Source of the DNA: an uncultured Phycisphaerales bacterium
Lineage (GTDB): Bacteria > Planctomycetota > Phycisphaerae > Tepidisphaerales > Tepidisphaeraceae
DNA length: 64,000 nucleotides
NCBI GenBank assembly: GCA_963844715.1
Contig: CAWJPJ010000007.1
Location: 64,001-128,000 of the forward strand
Direction of reading: 5' to 3'
Below the pieces are notes generated by a model that worked only from the letters and a program-made list of their open reading frames with translations, had not been told where the DNA came from and ran no database searches. The position numbers and the translations under genes are program-made. How positions within the stretch are numbered: position 1 is the stretch's first letter; every line of letters starts with the position of its first letter. Below, in pieces: positions 9,753 to 21,711 of the stretch.

Positions 9753-10751
9753 GCCGCCCTCGGATTTGGACTGGCGGTTCATGAGATCGGTGAGGGCGGC
9801 GATGGCGTCTCTTCCTTCGAAGAGGACGGCATGGACGGCTTCTGTGATGGGCATTTCGACGTTGTGGCGGAGGGAGAGTTCGTGGACGGATTTGGTGGTG
9901 GGGACGCCTTCTGCGACGGAGTCCATGTGGTCGAGGATGTCGTGGAGTTTTCTGCCTTTGCCGATGAGTTCGCCTACGGTGCGGTTTCTGCCTTCGGGGG
10001 AGACGCAGGTGGTGACGAGGTCTCCCATGCCGGCCAGGCCGTGGAAAGTCGTCTCGTGCGCGCCCATGGCTACGCCCAGGCGGGTGATTTCTACGAGGCC
10101 TCTGGTGACTAGGGCGGCTTTGGCGTTGTTTCCGGCGGCGAGACCGTCGAGGATTCCGGCGGCGATGGCGATGACGTTCTTAGTTGCGCCGGCGAGTTCG
10201 GTGCCGATGAGGTCGGTGTTGGTGTAGACGCGGAACCACTGCGTGGAGAAGGCGTTTTGGACGATCTGTCCGAGTTCGGCGTCGTCGGAGGCGGCGACGG
10301 CGGTGGCGGGGAGATAGCGGGCGAGTTCGGCGGCGATGTTGGGGCCGGAGAGCGCGGCGAGGCGGCGGCGCTTGCCCAGGACGTCGGCGATGATCTGCGT
10401 GGGGCGAAATAGCGTGTGGTTTTCGATTCCCTTGGCGACGGAGACGATGGGGACGCCGAGGGGAACGTGAGGCTCGAGGCGTTTCCAGACGCCGCGCATG
10501 AATTGGGTGGGGACGGCGGAGAGGATGAGGGTGGAGCCGGTGAAGCAATCGGCGTCGTGCGCGGTGAGGCGGACGGAGGAAGGGACTCTTACGCCGGGAA
10601 GGAAGCGCTGGTTTTCGCGGTTTTGGAGGAGCTGCTCGATGGAGTTTTCGAACGCGCCCCACATGGTGACTTGATGGCCGCCCTGGTGGAGGAGAATGGA
10701 GCAGACGGTGGCCATGGCGCCGTCGCCGACGATGGTTACGCGTTCGGGCAT
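9699..10751 (-). CDS. gpsA: NAD(P)H-dependent glycerol-3-phosphate dehydrogenase
   Basis: VTIVGDGAMAT, SVAKGIE, LSGPNIA, GATKNVIAIAAG, GLAGMGDLVTTC...RNR, VAEGVPT. Confidence 0.96.
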   Translation of the reverse strand: MPERVTIVGDGAMATVCSILLHQGGHQVTMWGAFENSIEQLLQNRENQRFLPGVRVPSSVRLTAHDADCFTGSTLILSAVPTQFMRGVWKRLEPHVPLGVPIVSVAKGIENHTLFRPTQIIADVLGKRRRLAALSGPNIAAELARYLPATAVAASDDAELGQIVQNAFSTQWFRVYTNTDLIGTELAGATKNVIAIAAGILDGLAAGNNAKAALVTRGLVEITRLGVAMGAHETTFHGLAGMGDLVTTCVSPEGRNRTVGELIGKGRKLHDILDHMDSVAEGVPTTKSVHELSLRHNVEMPITEAVHAVLFEGRDAIAALTDLMNRQSKSEGGENQNPETPNQNQMRMTD

Positions 10752-10760
10752 GGGGGCATT

Positions 10761-12385
10761 CTAATCCCGTGGAAAATTGTCCGAAAGGCGACTGAGGGAA
10801 TCTTCGAGTCCGCCGGGGCGGTTGCGGGCCAGCCAGCAGGCGCGGTGGGATTCGATGATGGGCGGCAATTTTTCGGAGTTTTTTTTGCAGGCGTAATCTA
10901 GCATGGCGGCGGCATTGGAGAATTCGGAGAGGATCAGGGCGGCGTCGGGGCGGTTCATGCGGGATTGGGGGAGGGGTTCCATGATTCGAGCAATCGTGGA
11001 GGCGGCGGTTTCCAGGTTGGCGGAGGTGATTCCTTCCATGGGGTCTTTGCGGGCGGCGCTGGGGACGAGGAGATTGAAGAGAGTGGAGCGATTGGGGATG
11101 AGCTTGCCGACGAGTTGGTAGACGTTCCCCAGGTCCATGGCGAGTTTGCCCATGACTTGCGCGGAATCCTTGAAGAGGTGGGCATCGAGGGCGGCGGGGA
11201 GATCCAGATTGCGGTTGGAGTCCGCGCACCAGCTTAAAGCGGCGCCGGCGGCGATGCCTGCGAAGCTGACGGGCCAATATTGGAGATGGCCAAAGTCACC
11301 CCAATCGGTGTTGAGGTAGCCTGCGGCTTTGTGGCGGAGGCCGGCCTCGGCGGCGGCGCGCTGATTGGCGAGCATGTTATCGGTCCTGCCGGCGATGCTG
11401 CACCAACTGCTGGTGCCGGGGCAGACGTAGAAGGGAAGATTTGCGGCGGCGAGGGCGGCGGCATTTTTGTCAAAGGGATCATCGGCTTCGTAGCCCCAGA
11501 GGAGAGCGGTTGCGCCGGGGGGGACTTGGGGGATGAGGTCGGGGTGGTCGAGGATGCCGTCGGCCCAGAATTGGATTTGGCGGTTGTGGGCGGCGGCGAG
11601 GTGGGAGATTTTTTGTAGGAAGTGGATGTAGGCGTCGGGTTTGCCGCGGCTGCGGCCCTGGCCGATGTCGAAGGTTTCGTCGCAGCCGACGTTGAAGAGT
11701 TTGCTGGAGAAATTCGGGAGGAGTTGGGCGTATAGATCGGCGATCAAATCCAGACTCGCGGGATCGGTGGGACAGAGGCTGAAGGGGCCGTTCCAGCGGA
11801 AGCCCCAGGGGGAATCGGCGCCATCGGGGCATTCGGCCAGGGGGAGATAGCGCGGGTGCTTGAGCCAGCGCTCCATGTGGCCGAGGGAGTTCTGGTTGGG
11901 GACGAGATCGATGAATCTTGTTTTGCAATAGTCGTCCAGGCGGCGGATTTCTTCGGCGGTCATGGGGGAGGCTTGGCGCCAGACTTCCTCGTGGCCGGCG
12001 TAGGCGAAGGTGTGCTCGGTGTAGAGCTGGAGCTGGTTGATTTTGAGTTCGGAGAGCTGGTCGACGATCTGGAAAAGGGTTGCCATGGTGGGGACTTTGT
12101 CGCGGCTGATGTCTAGGAGGACGCCGCGGACGGGGAAGTCCGGGGAATCGGCGATTTCCAGGCAGGGGAGAGTTGGCCCGTAAATGCGGCGGAGCTGGGC
12201 CAGGGTTTGGCGGGCGTAATACGTTGCCTGGGGGTCGCGGGCGATGACGGCGAGATGATCGGGCGTGGCGGAAATGGTGTAGCCCTGCGGAAGCAGTTGG
12301 GAATCGATGGCAAAGCTCGGCTGTTGCGTGCAGGTTCCGGGCGCAGGTGGAATTGCCTGGGGATGGGGAACAAGGGGGCGGGCAC
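10761..12385 (-). CDS. Glycoside hydrolase family 20 (beta-N-acetylhexosaminidase-like); frameshift near 12315
   Basis: In-frame upstream of ORF 10761..12086: DSPDFPVRGVLLDISRDKVPT; then QLQLYTEH, VPNQNSLGH, FNVGCDETF, LNTDWGDFGH. GTG start at 12385 follows a TAAACT -10. Confidence 0.88.
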
Positions 12386-12433
12386 GGAAAAGAGTTTACC
12401 GATTGATGCGGGGAAGCGAAGATAGCGGCCCGG

Positions 12434-14353
12434 ATGGAAAGCGACTCGTCAAAACGCGGCGGCGGCGACGAGACGGCGCGCCAGCGCGCGATGGAGACGA
12501 TCGCGCCGGGGACGGGGTCGAGCGGGGTTTATCGGGAGTTGCCGCCGGCGCCGGAGATTCGGATCGCGGGGTATGCGCTCGGGCGCGAGCTCGGGCGCGG
12601 GGGGCAGGCGGTGGTGTATCTGGCGCTACAGCAGAGCACGGGGCGGAAAGTGGCGATCAAGGTGATGAGGAAGCAGGCGCTGGAGGACGAGCGGGCGCTG
12701 GCGCGGTTCAAGCGCGAGGTGCAGGTGCTGGCGGCGCTGGATCATCCGAACATCGTGGGGATTGTGGACACGGGGACGGCGTCGGACGGGAGCCAATTCA
12801 TCGTCATGAGCTATGTGGCGGGGACGGCGCTGGATGAATATGTGAAGCAGCAGGCGCAGGAGGCGAACAATCCGGGGAAAGTGCTGAGATTGTTTTTGAA
12901 GATTTGCGGGGCGGTGAACGTGGCGCATTTGCGGGGGATCGTGCATCGGGATTTGAAGCCGTCGAATATCCGGATCGACGAGCGCGGGGAGCCGCATATT
13001 CTGGATTTCGGGCTGGCGCATACGGCGCTGGATCATCTGGCGGGAGGAGAGGGTCCGGTGAGCGTGACGGGGGAATTTCTGGGGAGTTTGCCGTGGTGCA
13101 GTCCTGAGCAGGCGGAGGCGGAGCCGGACCGGATCGACATCCGGAGCGACGTGTATAGTCTGGGGGTGATTCTGTATCAGATTTTGACGGGCGGGGAATT
13201 TCCGTACGTGGTGGTGGGGAATATCCGGGACGTTTTGGACAATATTTTGAGGGTTGCGCCGACGCCGCCGAGCCGGCGCGTGAGGGAGGGGGAGCGCGGG
13301 CGGATGGGATCGCCGCCGATCAATCCGGTGATGGAGCGGATTGTGTTGAAGGCGCTGGCGAAGAATCGGGAGGAGCGGTATCAGTCGGCCGGAGAATTGG
13401 GGCGGGATATCGCGGTGTATCTGGGCGGACAGAAAGCGCCGGCAGCTGGGGCGAAATTGGAGGAGCCGGCAAAAGAGGTTGCGAAGAAGGGAAGGAGTAA
13501 AGCTATCGCGGGCGCGGTGACGGGGGCGGCGCTGGTGGCGGTGGGAGTTTGGGTTTGGGGGATGGTGAGGACGCCGGCACCGCAGCGGAATCAGGCGGCG
13601 GCGGGATCCGCGCCGGTAACGAATGTGGTTGCCGTGGGTCCGGCGGCGAATTCCCCGGCGAATCCGGTGGCGGCAGCGGCGCCGGCGTTACCCGCGCCTC
13701 CGAGCCCGGCGGTTGCGGCGCCGGCACCGGGCGCGGCGTCTATCGTCAATGTGAGCGCGCCGGTTCCGGCTGCGCCTCTCAATGGAGAGCTTTTCATGGC
13801 GGCGGGAACGTGCCATCTGGAGGGGGATGCGCTGGCGCTGACGCCGGGGGTTAAAGGGACGGCGGCGCTGCAATTCGGGGGGGCGGGATGGCCGGATTTC
13901 GACATGAGCTTTGAGGCGAAACTCAATGCAGGGCGAGGGTTCTGGGTGGAGACGAATGTGGGGCCGGGCAGCTTTTGCCAGATCGTGGTGAACACACTGG
14001 GAGACAATCTGGCGGTGCTGTGGCACCACGAGCGGGAGGCGCAGCGTGTCGTGCCGCTACAGCATTTCCAGCTCGAGCCGGACCGGTGGTACGCGATGAG
14101 CGTGCGCGTGCGCGGGCAGCAGGTTCGACTATCGATCGACGGACGGGAGTACTTGAGCGCTGACGAGAATCAGTTGCTGAGCGGGCGGGTTGGGATTGGC
14201 ACGCGGAATCCACTGGTGCGTTTCCGGGAGATCAAGGTGGTGTCGCCGAGCGGGGTGGTGCTGTGGAGCGGGCCGCCGGACTTGTCGGAGCTGGCGCCGA
14301 CGGATTTGGACAGCGCCAGGGCCGCGACGGCGCCGTCGGCGACGCAGCCATAA
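12434..14353 (+). CDS. Hanks-type Ser/Thr protein kinase with TM helix and C-terminal beta-sandwich (DUF1080/LamG-like) domain
   Basis: LGRGGQAVVY, VAIK, HRDLKPSN, DFG, SPEQ, SDVYSLG; TM segment near aa 360-380; Pro/Ala linker; C-terminal DFDMSFEAKL...WYAMSVRVRG...GRVGI...VRFREIKV. Confidence 0.9.
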   Translation: MESDSSKRGGGDETARQRAMETIAPGTGSSGVYRELPPAPEIRIAGYALGRELGRGGQAVVYLALQQSTGRKVAIKVMRKQALEDERALARFKREVQVLAALDHPNIVGIVDTGTASDGSQFIVMSYVAGTALDEYVKQQAQEANNPGKVLRLFLKICGAVNVAHLRGIVHRDLKPSNIRIDERGEPHILDFGLAHTALDHLAGGEGPVSVTGEFLGSLPWCSPEQAEAEPDRIDIRSDVYSLGVILYQILTGGEFPYVVVGNIRDVLDNILRVAPTPPSRRVREGERGRMGSPPINPVMERIVLKALAKNREERYQSAGELGRDIAVYLGGQKAPAAGAKLEEPAKEVAKKGRSKAIAGAVTGAALVAVGVWVWGMVRTPAPQRNQAAAGSAPVTNVVAVGPAANSPANPVAAAAPALPAPPSPAVAAPAPGAASIVNVSAPVPAAPLNGELFMAAGTCHLEGDALALTPGVKGTAALQFGGAGWPDFDMSFEAKLNAGRGFWVETNVGPGSFCQIVVNTLGDNLAVLWHHEREAQRVVPLQHFQLEPDRWYAMSVRVRGQQVRLSIDGREYLSADENQLLSGRVGIGTRNPLVRFREIKVVSPSGVVLWSGPPDLSELAPTDLDSARAATAPSATQP

Positions 14354-14384
14354 AAGGAAAGCGGCGGCCGTTTCGGGCCGCCGC
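14352..14384 (-). terminator. Intrinsic terminator between the convergent kinase and wzc genes
   Basis: Hairpin GCGGCGGCC-N6-GGCCGCCGC (14361-14384) followed by TTTCCTTTT on the minus strand. Confidence 0.65.
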
Positions 14385-14414
14385 GGGGTTATTCGAAATA
14401 AAGTTCGGACGTAA

Positions 14415-16673
14415 TCAGGCAGCGCGACCGCCGCCGCCGCCGGCGGGGCCGCCGCTCTGGTACTCGTAGTAGGTGCGGATGTTTCGTCCGTAGTATCCGC
14501 CGCCCTGGGCGCGGACGGCGTTGAGGACGATGCCGAGGTGCTCGGCTTTGACTTGACGGAGATTTTCCCGCATTCGGCTGAGTACGCCGCGGCTGTTGGC
14601 GCGGGCACGGACGACGGTGACGACGCCGTCGACGCGCGGGGCCAAGGCCACGGTTTCCGAGACGAAGAGGAGCGGGCCGCTGTCGAAGATTACGTGATCG
14701 AATTCCTCCAAGGCCCGCTCGATGAAGTCGATGAGCAACTGGCTTTCCAGAAGCTCGGTGGCGTTGGTGGGCTTGGGGCCGCTGGGGAGCACGAAGAGGT
14801 TGGGAACCTGGGTTTCGTGCATGGTGGTTTCGAAGAGTTCAAGGCTGCCGAGGACGTCGGAGAAGCCCTGTTCGTTGGACAGATTGAACACACGATGCAA
14901 TTCCGGACGACGGAAGTTGGCGTCGACGAGGAGAATTCTGCGTCCGTTGAGGGCCAGGCCGCTGGCGAGGTTGCAGGCGATGGTGGATTTTCCGTCGCCG
15001 GGCGAGGGGCTGGTGACGAGAATGCTTCGGGTGGTGTCGAGGGAGGAACTGTGCTGGAGGCGCGTGCGCACCTGCCGCAACTGCTCGGCCATCATCGAAT
15101 GAGGGGCCTCGAAGATCACGACGGGGAGACGAGCGCCCGCGGACTGCGGATCGTCGTCTTCGTGCGGGACCATCCCGAGGACATTCATGTTTCCGACCCG
15201 CGTGATATCGCGCGGGGAACGGATGCTGGTATCGAGGAATTCGCGTAGGAAGGCGATGCCCAGGGCCAAGCCGAGGCCGGCGAAAACGGCCAAGGTCATG
15301 GTGACGCTAAGCTTGGGGAAACTTGGCGCATCGGGAGTTTCGGGTTTGGCGGCCCACTGAATGCTGCTGAAGTCGCGCTTGACGGCATAATTGGCGATTT
15401 CATCGAGGCGATCGTCGATGGTTTTGAGCTTGGCTTCGTAGCCTTCCTTCTCGCTTTGCTTCTGGAGAAGGGTGGTCATGACGTCGGTAAGATGCGCCAT
15501 ATCGCCACGCAGGGTGTCGATGCGGGCGTTCATCGACTTGAGCGCGCGATCGCCCTGTGTGACGGCTTCTTTGGCATCCTCGATGGCTTCGGTGCGATAG
15601 CGGATTCGCGCCTCGGCGGTAGCGGCGTTGAGCTTGCCTTCCAGAAGTTGCTCACGGGCCTGGAGATCCTTGACGCTGGTGTTGTTCGCGCCCAGGTTCT
15701 CCATCGACTCGGCGATGGAAAGTTCGATGTTATTCACGGCCTGACGATATTCGGAGACTTCGGGGTCGACGGCGATGTCGGTGGCGACTTTGGGGGGATC
15801 CTGATCGGCGCTGATCTGGTCGTAGAGACTCTTGTAGAGGTCCTGTGAGGTGGCCAGATCGAGCTGGATTTTCAGAGAATTCTCGATGAGCTGGGACAGT
15901 TCCATGTCTTTGGTGCTGACCTTGCTGAGGGTGCCGGTGATGCCACCCTCGTTGAGCTGAGATTCGAGGTCGGCAATTTCGCCGTTGACGCCCTTGAGAT
16001 TCATTTCCTCGCGGACCTGGCGGGCTTCCAAATCCTTGTGCCGGTCGTATTCCTTGCTCTCGTTCTGCTCCTTCTGATTCTTCATGTACTGTTCGGCGAA
16101 GGTCTCAACGATGACGCGCGCCGAATTGGGATCATTGCAGGTCATGGAGATTTTAAGGAGCCTGGAATCGGCGAAGGGGTTCACCTCGAGATTGTCCGCG
16201 AGGTCTTCCTTGGCCAACTGATCGTTTGGAAATTGCTGGTACCAGGCACAATGATGGATTTCGTCGTAGTCCTGATTTTGAAGGACCTGGGTGGCGAGGG
16301 AAGGATCTTTCAAAAGAAGGGCATGAGTTTTGAGATCGAGTTCGAGGCTGTTGGTGTCGATGGATTGACCTGTATCGGTGACGTCGGGGGCTTCAACCTT
16401 AAGGGTGCCGATGGCGGTGTACTTGGAATGGTTTTTCTGTAGCCAGTAATTGATCCCGTAACCGGCGACCCCACCGACGACGACGAACAAAATAATGAGC
16501 CAAAGGTTGGATCGGATGACGCGCCAGACGTCACCGCCGGACATTTGGGCGCCAGCCTGGACCTGGGCGACCATGCCGGGCATGGGGGCCATGGGTCCGG
16601 AGGGAATGGTTAAGGGCGTGCTGGGTGCCGGCCTCGGCAAACGTAAAGGCGCAGCTTGGGGCAACGTCGTCAT
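14415..16673 (-). CDS. Polysaccharide co-polymerase / BY tyrosine autokinase (Wzc/GumC family)
   Basis: Two TMs flanking a coiled-coil region; Walker A TSPSPGDGKST, LLVDANFRRP, VIFDSGP; Tyr cluster GGYYGRNIRTYYEY; GGAGG RBS before the ATG at 16673. Confidence 0.92.
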   Translation of the reverse strand: MTTLPQAAPLRLPRPAPSTPLTIPSGPMAPMPGMVAQVQAGAQMSGGDVWRVIRSNLWLIILFVVVGGVAGYGINYWLQKNHSKYTAIGTLKVEAPDVTDTGQSIDTNSLELDLKTHALLLKDPSLATQVLQNQDYDEIHHCAWYQQFPNDQLAKEDLADNLEVNPFADSRLLKISMTCNDPNSARVIVETFAEQYMKNQKEQNESKEYDRHKDLEARQVREEMNLKGVNGEIADLESQLNEGGITGTLSKVSTKDMELSQLIENSLKIQLDLATSQDLYKSLYDQISADQDPPKVATDIAVDPEVSEYRQAVNNIELSIAESMENLGANNTSVKDLQAREQLLEGKLNAATAEARIRYRTEAIEDAKEAVTQGDRALKSMNARIDTLRGDMAHLTDVMTTLLQKQSEKEGYEAKLKTIDDRLDEIANYAVKRDFSSIQWAAKPETPDAPSFPKLSVTMTLAVFAGLGLALGIAFLREFLDTSIRSPRDITRVGNMNVLGMVPHEDDDPQSAGARLPVVIFEAPHSMMAEQLRQVRTRLQHSSSLDTTRSILVTSPSPGDGKSTIACNLASGLALNGRRILLVDANFRRPELHRVFNLSNEQGFSDVLGSLELFETTMHETQVPNLFVLPSGPKPTNATELLESQLLIDFIERALEEFDHVIFDSGPLLFVSETVALAPRVDGVVTVVRARANSRGVLSRMRENLRQVKAEHLGIVLNAVRAQGGGYYGRNIRTYYEYQSGGPAGGGGGRAA

Positions 16674-16858
16674 CGCATTTCTCCTCCCGAAACAATCTCT
16701 CCCTTGGCCCAAGAGCGATTCGGGGAACTCATGGGGAAACCATTACCACCCAGTAGGAGTGAGCTATCTGCGCTCACGAGCTTAGTGTTTTCAATTATGG
16801 CGTTCATAATGGGACTTGTTCAAGCATTTTTTAATTTCGGCAGCATATTCTCAAGTGT

Positions 16859-19800
16859 TTATGGGACTTGAGCTTGTTGTTTAGATTTCATCATCTCCTG
16901 AGATCGGTCGTTTAAATCCTGTAGCTTAGTTTTGAGCTTAAGGTCTTGATCCTGCGGGCTTTGCTTCGCGATCATTTCCAGTCCCAGTTGGGCCTGTTTA
17001 TTGGCTTCGTCGGGATATTGGAGGGATAGGTAACCTTCTCCGAGGTGAAAATAGGCGGTTGGGGACTTTTGTATGTCTAGCGCCTTATTTACCAGATCCA
17101 CACCTTGGGCAGGAGAACCGGAAAGGATGAGCAGCCAACCCTGGGTGTCGAGGACGGTGTTGTTGACACGTCCCATGTTGGTTTCGAGGTCGGCGGCCTT
17201 TTGGGCGTAGTTCATCCCCTCGTCGATGCGCGGGGAGAATAGTCGTCGGCGAGCAGACAGGCCAGATTGTTGAGGGCCGAGATATTGTTGGGATCGAGCT
17301 TGAGGCAATGCTGATAGGCGTCGTAGGCCCGATCGGTGAGGGATTGGGTGGTGCAGGATTGATCGATGAGTCCGGCGGCGAGCAGCGCGGCGATCTGATC
17401 GCCGCGCTGGAGCTGATCGAACCCGGACATGACGGATTGGATGGTCGCCAGCGCATCGGTTTCGTCGTGGTTGCGGATGTACATCTGCGCCAGGGCGAGC
17501 TTGGTGCCGATCCTGTCCTTGGCATAAGGGGCCACGTCCGCGATGGCTTGGGGAAGGCCGACCACGGCGACCAGGTCCTGGGCGATTTGATTGATGGCCG
17601 ACGAATCGTTGGCGGCGTCTGCGGCGGCGAGGGAGGCCCGATGATCGGCGGCGGCGGCGTCGGGGGAGCCGAGATTCTGTTCGGCGTCGCCGCGATCGAG
17701 CAGAGCCCACCAGGATGCCCGCATCCCAGGATCAAGACGCCCCACTGCATCGATGACATCCTGAAATTGCTGGGCCTGAAGCATCAGCGTCAGATGACTT
17801 TTCCAAATGGCGGGGTTATGCGGGGCGAGAGCGAGGGCCTTGTTGCTCTGGTCCATGGCGCTGGCGAGGTCGTGCAAATCCGCCATGAGTATCGCTTCGC
17901 CCTGGAAAATGTCGGGATCGCTGTCGAACGGAGGCGTGGAGTCGATCTCCTGAAGGAGATGGAGAGCCTGCGTTTCCTGCGGGTGAGGCGAGGTGCAATA
18001 CAGTTGGACGAGTTCCATGCGCGCCGGTTTGTCGCCGGGATTGGAGCGCAGCTCGGCTTCCAGTTCGGAGGCGGCGTCGTCATCCATATTAAGCTGGAGA
18101 TAGGCGGTGACCAGGTCGAGGCGGACCTGGGAATTGCCGGGCTCAGCCTCGTGAAGGCGTTTGAGGTCGTCCAGGGCGCCCTGCGAATCGGGCGGGGAGG
18201 TGCGCAATCGAGCGCGGCCGCGGATGTAGAGGACCTGAAGGTCGCTGGCATCGCGGGAGAGGGACTGATTGGCGCGATCGACGGCGGCGGCGTAGTTTCT
18301 TTCGGCGAAGGCAAGTTGCGACCAGACGCCGTAGAGGCGGGCGGTATCAGGGGGATTTCCCTCGAGATCCTGCTGAATTTGGGAGTCGGCGGCTGAAACC
18401 CTGCCAGCGGCGAGGAGGACATCGATGAGCGTGAGGCGAATCTCGGGCTTGGTGGAATTGGCGCCGCGGAGCAATTCCAGGGCTTCGTCGAATTTTTTGT
18501 GCGCGGTCAGAAGCTGCGCCATCTCGACTTCCATGCCGACGCTGTAGTCGGACCGGACGAGTGCCGTGCGGAGTTCGCTTTCGGCGGCATCCGGATGATT
18601 GGTGCGTTCGTAGAGGTCGGCGAGGCGGACATAAGGCTCGGGGCGATATTGCCACGCGGGGCGATGGACCCAGGAGCGGAGGATATTTTCCGCGTCGACG
18701 GGCTGTTCAGCAGCCAAGGCGGCGTCGGTGAGGGCGACGTATAGTTGCGCCTCGTCGGGCCATCTGCGGACGGTGTCTTCAAGCATGTTGACGGCGGACT
18801 GGAGCATGGCGTGGGCGTCGTCAGGATGGAGTTGCTGCTCTAATACCCGCGCCACGCGGACGTACACCTCGCCGAGAGAGGCATAGAGTTGGGGATCGTC
18901 GGGATTCATCGCGATCTGTTCTTTGAGAACCTGGACGGCATCCGAGGGATTTCCGTAGGTCAGCACGTGGTCAACAAGTTTGCTGCGCAGCTCCGGATTT
19001 TGCGGATCCTTCTTCAAACCCTGCCTGATGTAATCCTCGGCGTCGGAGGGACGGTGGAGGGCGTAGGAGCAGTTGATCAGTCCAAGGATGGCGTCGATGT
19101 TGTTGGACTGGCGGTCGAGGGCGGAGGTGTAGGCGACCATCGCTTCGTCGTAGGAACCCTGAGCCTCGGCGACCTGACCGAGCGCAACCCAACTGCCGGG
19201 TAGATCGGGCTTTTCCTGGGTCATCTGGCGGGCGATATCGCGAGCGCGGGAGGTATCTCCGCGGCGTCGGGCCACGAGAAATTCGCACATGAGTCCGCCG
19301 GCCTGGTCGTAATCGACGCTGGCGAGCTTGGAGACGTAAGGCTCAGCGGCGTCAGGGCGGCCGGCGTTGAGATAAAAGACGAACAGTTCGTTCCAAACGC
19401 GCGGGGAATTGGGGCTGGCGGCCTCGGCGGCTTTGAGATGTTTTTCCTGCTCCTGGGCGTCGCCATGTTCCTTGGCGATTTCGGCCAATTCCATTTCGCG
19501 GGCGACGGGATCGGGATTTGCCTGGGCGAGCTTCTCGCGCAAGTGCTCGATGATCTTGGCGTCTTCTCCCTTGATGGAGGGGATGAGGAGCTTGAGGGTT
19601 TCGTTGTCCGGGACAGCGGCGACGCCGCGCTGGGCTGCGTCCAGCGCCTCGTCCTTATTGCCCATAACCAGGTAGACGAGAGCGAGATTGGCGTAAGCGC
19701 CGGCCTCCTTGGGATCGTTGGCGATATTGACGTTCATGAGGCGGACGGCCTCATCGTAATTTTTCATAAAGATGGCAACCCGCGCCTTGGCGACGACGTT

Positions 19801-21552
19801 TTCGGGCGTGTCTTCGGGCATTTTGGGATAGAGGGATTGCATCTCGGGCTTGCCATGGCTGGGATCGGTGGCCATCAGATACGAGATGCGCAGGCCGGGG
19901 AGTTCCGGGTCGGCGGGATCGCGGCGCATCAGGAACTGGAGGGGAGCGGCGGCTTTTTCAGGAGCGTCGTGGACCAAAAGCTTGCACAGGAATTTCTGGG
20001 CTTCGAGATCGTTGCCGTTGTCGCGCAGCATGGATTCAACGACGGAGATCGCACGGCTGATCTGGTTCAGATTGGCGTAAGCGTCTGCGACGCAGGTCAG
20101 AATGATGGGGTCGTGAGTGACCTGTTCGTCGTTGGCAATAAGGGGAGCGAAAGTCTGGATCAATTCCAGGGACTCTCCCTTGAGCAGCATGACGCGCGCC
20201 TGTTCGCGGCGGAGATCGATTCCGATGCCGCTGCGATAGGTGCCGGGGGCGACCTGGATTTCCGCGGGTGCGGCGGCGATGAGCTGATCCAGTTGCTGCT
20301 GGATCTGGTCCATGAGGGCCTTGCGTTGATCGGCCGAATGAGCGTGGACGTAATCGACGATTTCGAAATCGACCAGCTCGGTCATGATGGCGGCGCGAAG
20401 TCCGACGATGTGATTCGGATCATCGTGTAATTGCGCCATCATCGAATTGAGAATCTGCTCGGCATCGGGACGCGTGTTTTCCATGCGGGCCAGGAACTGG
20501 GCGAGCATCAACTTCGAGGAGGGAAGATTCGGAGGAAGGGTGCGGCAGATTTTGACGGCGCCTTCGTAGTCTCCCTGCTGGTCGGCGACCTGGATGGCGG
20601 TATTCAGGATCGAGCTATAGTCGGGATCCTTGGGACGGACCAAGGCGCGGGCACGTTCGATTTCCTGTCTGGCCATGGCCCAATATTTGTCGTGAAGGGC
20701 CTTGGCGGCGGGTGACATGACGGTCGGGTCGTCGTTGGGCCCCACGGCGGACTGATCGAAATCAGCAAGCAACTCGAGAATCAGCGCGAAGCGATGATGT
20801 ATGGAGGCGTTGTTGTCCTGGGAGGGAAAGCCGTCGCCTTTGATCAACTTTTGGAACATGTCGACAGTTTGGCTGTAGAGGGCGGTGGCCTCGGGCGGCT
20901 GAAGGCGCAGGGGAGATTCGCGCGTGAGTTCCTGGGCCTGGAACAGGTTGGCCTTGGCGATGTGGAACGGGACGTCGGCATCGCTGGGGTCTTTCTGCAT
21001 GAAGTTTCGGAGATCAGCCAGGGCCTGTTGGACGGACTCCTGATCGCTGGTGAGATTTCCGATCCATTCCTGAATGATCATTTCCGCGGGCATGGCGGCG
21101 AGCTTTTGATCGGTGGGATCGATCTCGTGGGCGCGCTGTGAGTAGTCGATCAAGCGTGTATAGGTATAGGCGATGGGGGGAGCGCTGGACTGCCACCAGG
21201 AAATCAGGGCGCGAATGGCGGGGAGATAGTGGGGATCGATTTCCAGGGCGTGCTCGTAGGCGGCGCGTTCCTGGGCGGGGGCGTCGAGACTGGATTGGCC
21301 TTCCTGGTGCAGTGCGGCCCCAAGCATCATGCAGATGTCGAGATTATGGGGATCGAGGGAGGAAGCTTTTGCGAAATATCCGGCGGCCTCGGCCCAGCGT
21401 CCTTCCTCGGCGGCAGCCTTTCCGGCATCGATGTAAGGACCGGGATGTTCGTGAATCAGGAATTTTTGCGCGGCGAAAACGACGACCCAGAGTCCGACCA
21501 GGACGCAGAGGAAGATGGTGAGGAACCGGGTGTTGACTCGACGTCGTGCCAT
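16859..21552 (-). CDS. Very large membrane-anchored TPR-repeat protein (PrsT-like accessory of the exosortase locus); frameshift near 17220
   Basis: N-terminal TM and many TPR repeats; ALNNLACLLAD continues in another frame as ...VLDTQGWLLI...AYFHLGEGY, the typical C-terminal TPR motif. Confidence 0.8.
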
Positions 21553-21711
21553 GAATGGATTTCCGCTATTTTGGACGAACTAAAGACGAACTAAAAAGAA
21601 CCCTGAAACTCTCCCACTCGTGGGTGGAGGCAACTCCATCCAACATCACCCGTTGAATGGGGCAAAGTTGCTGGGAAAAGGGTGTTTTAGACCATTTTAC
21701 CCATTTTCCGG

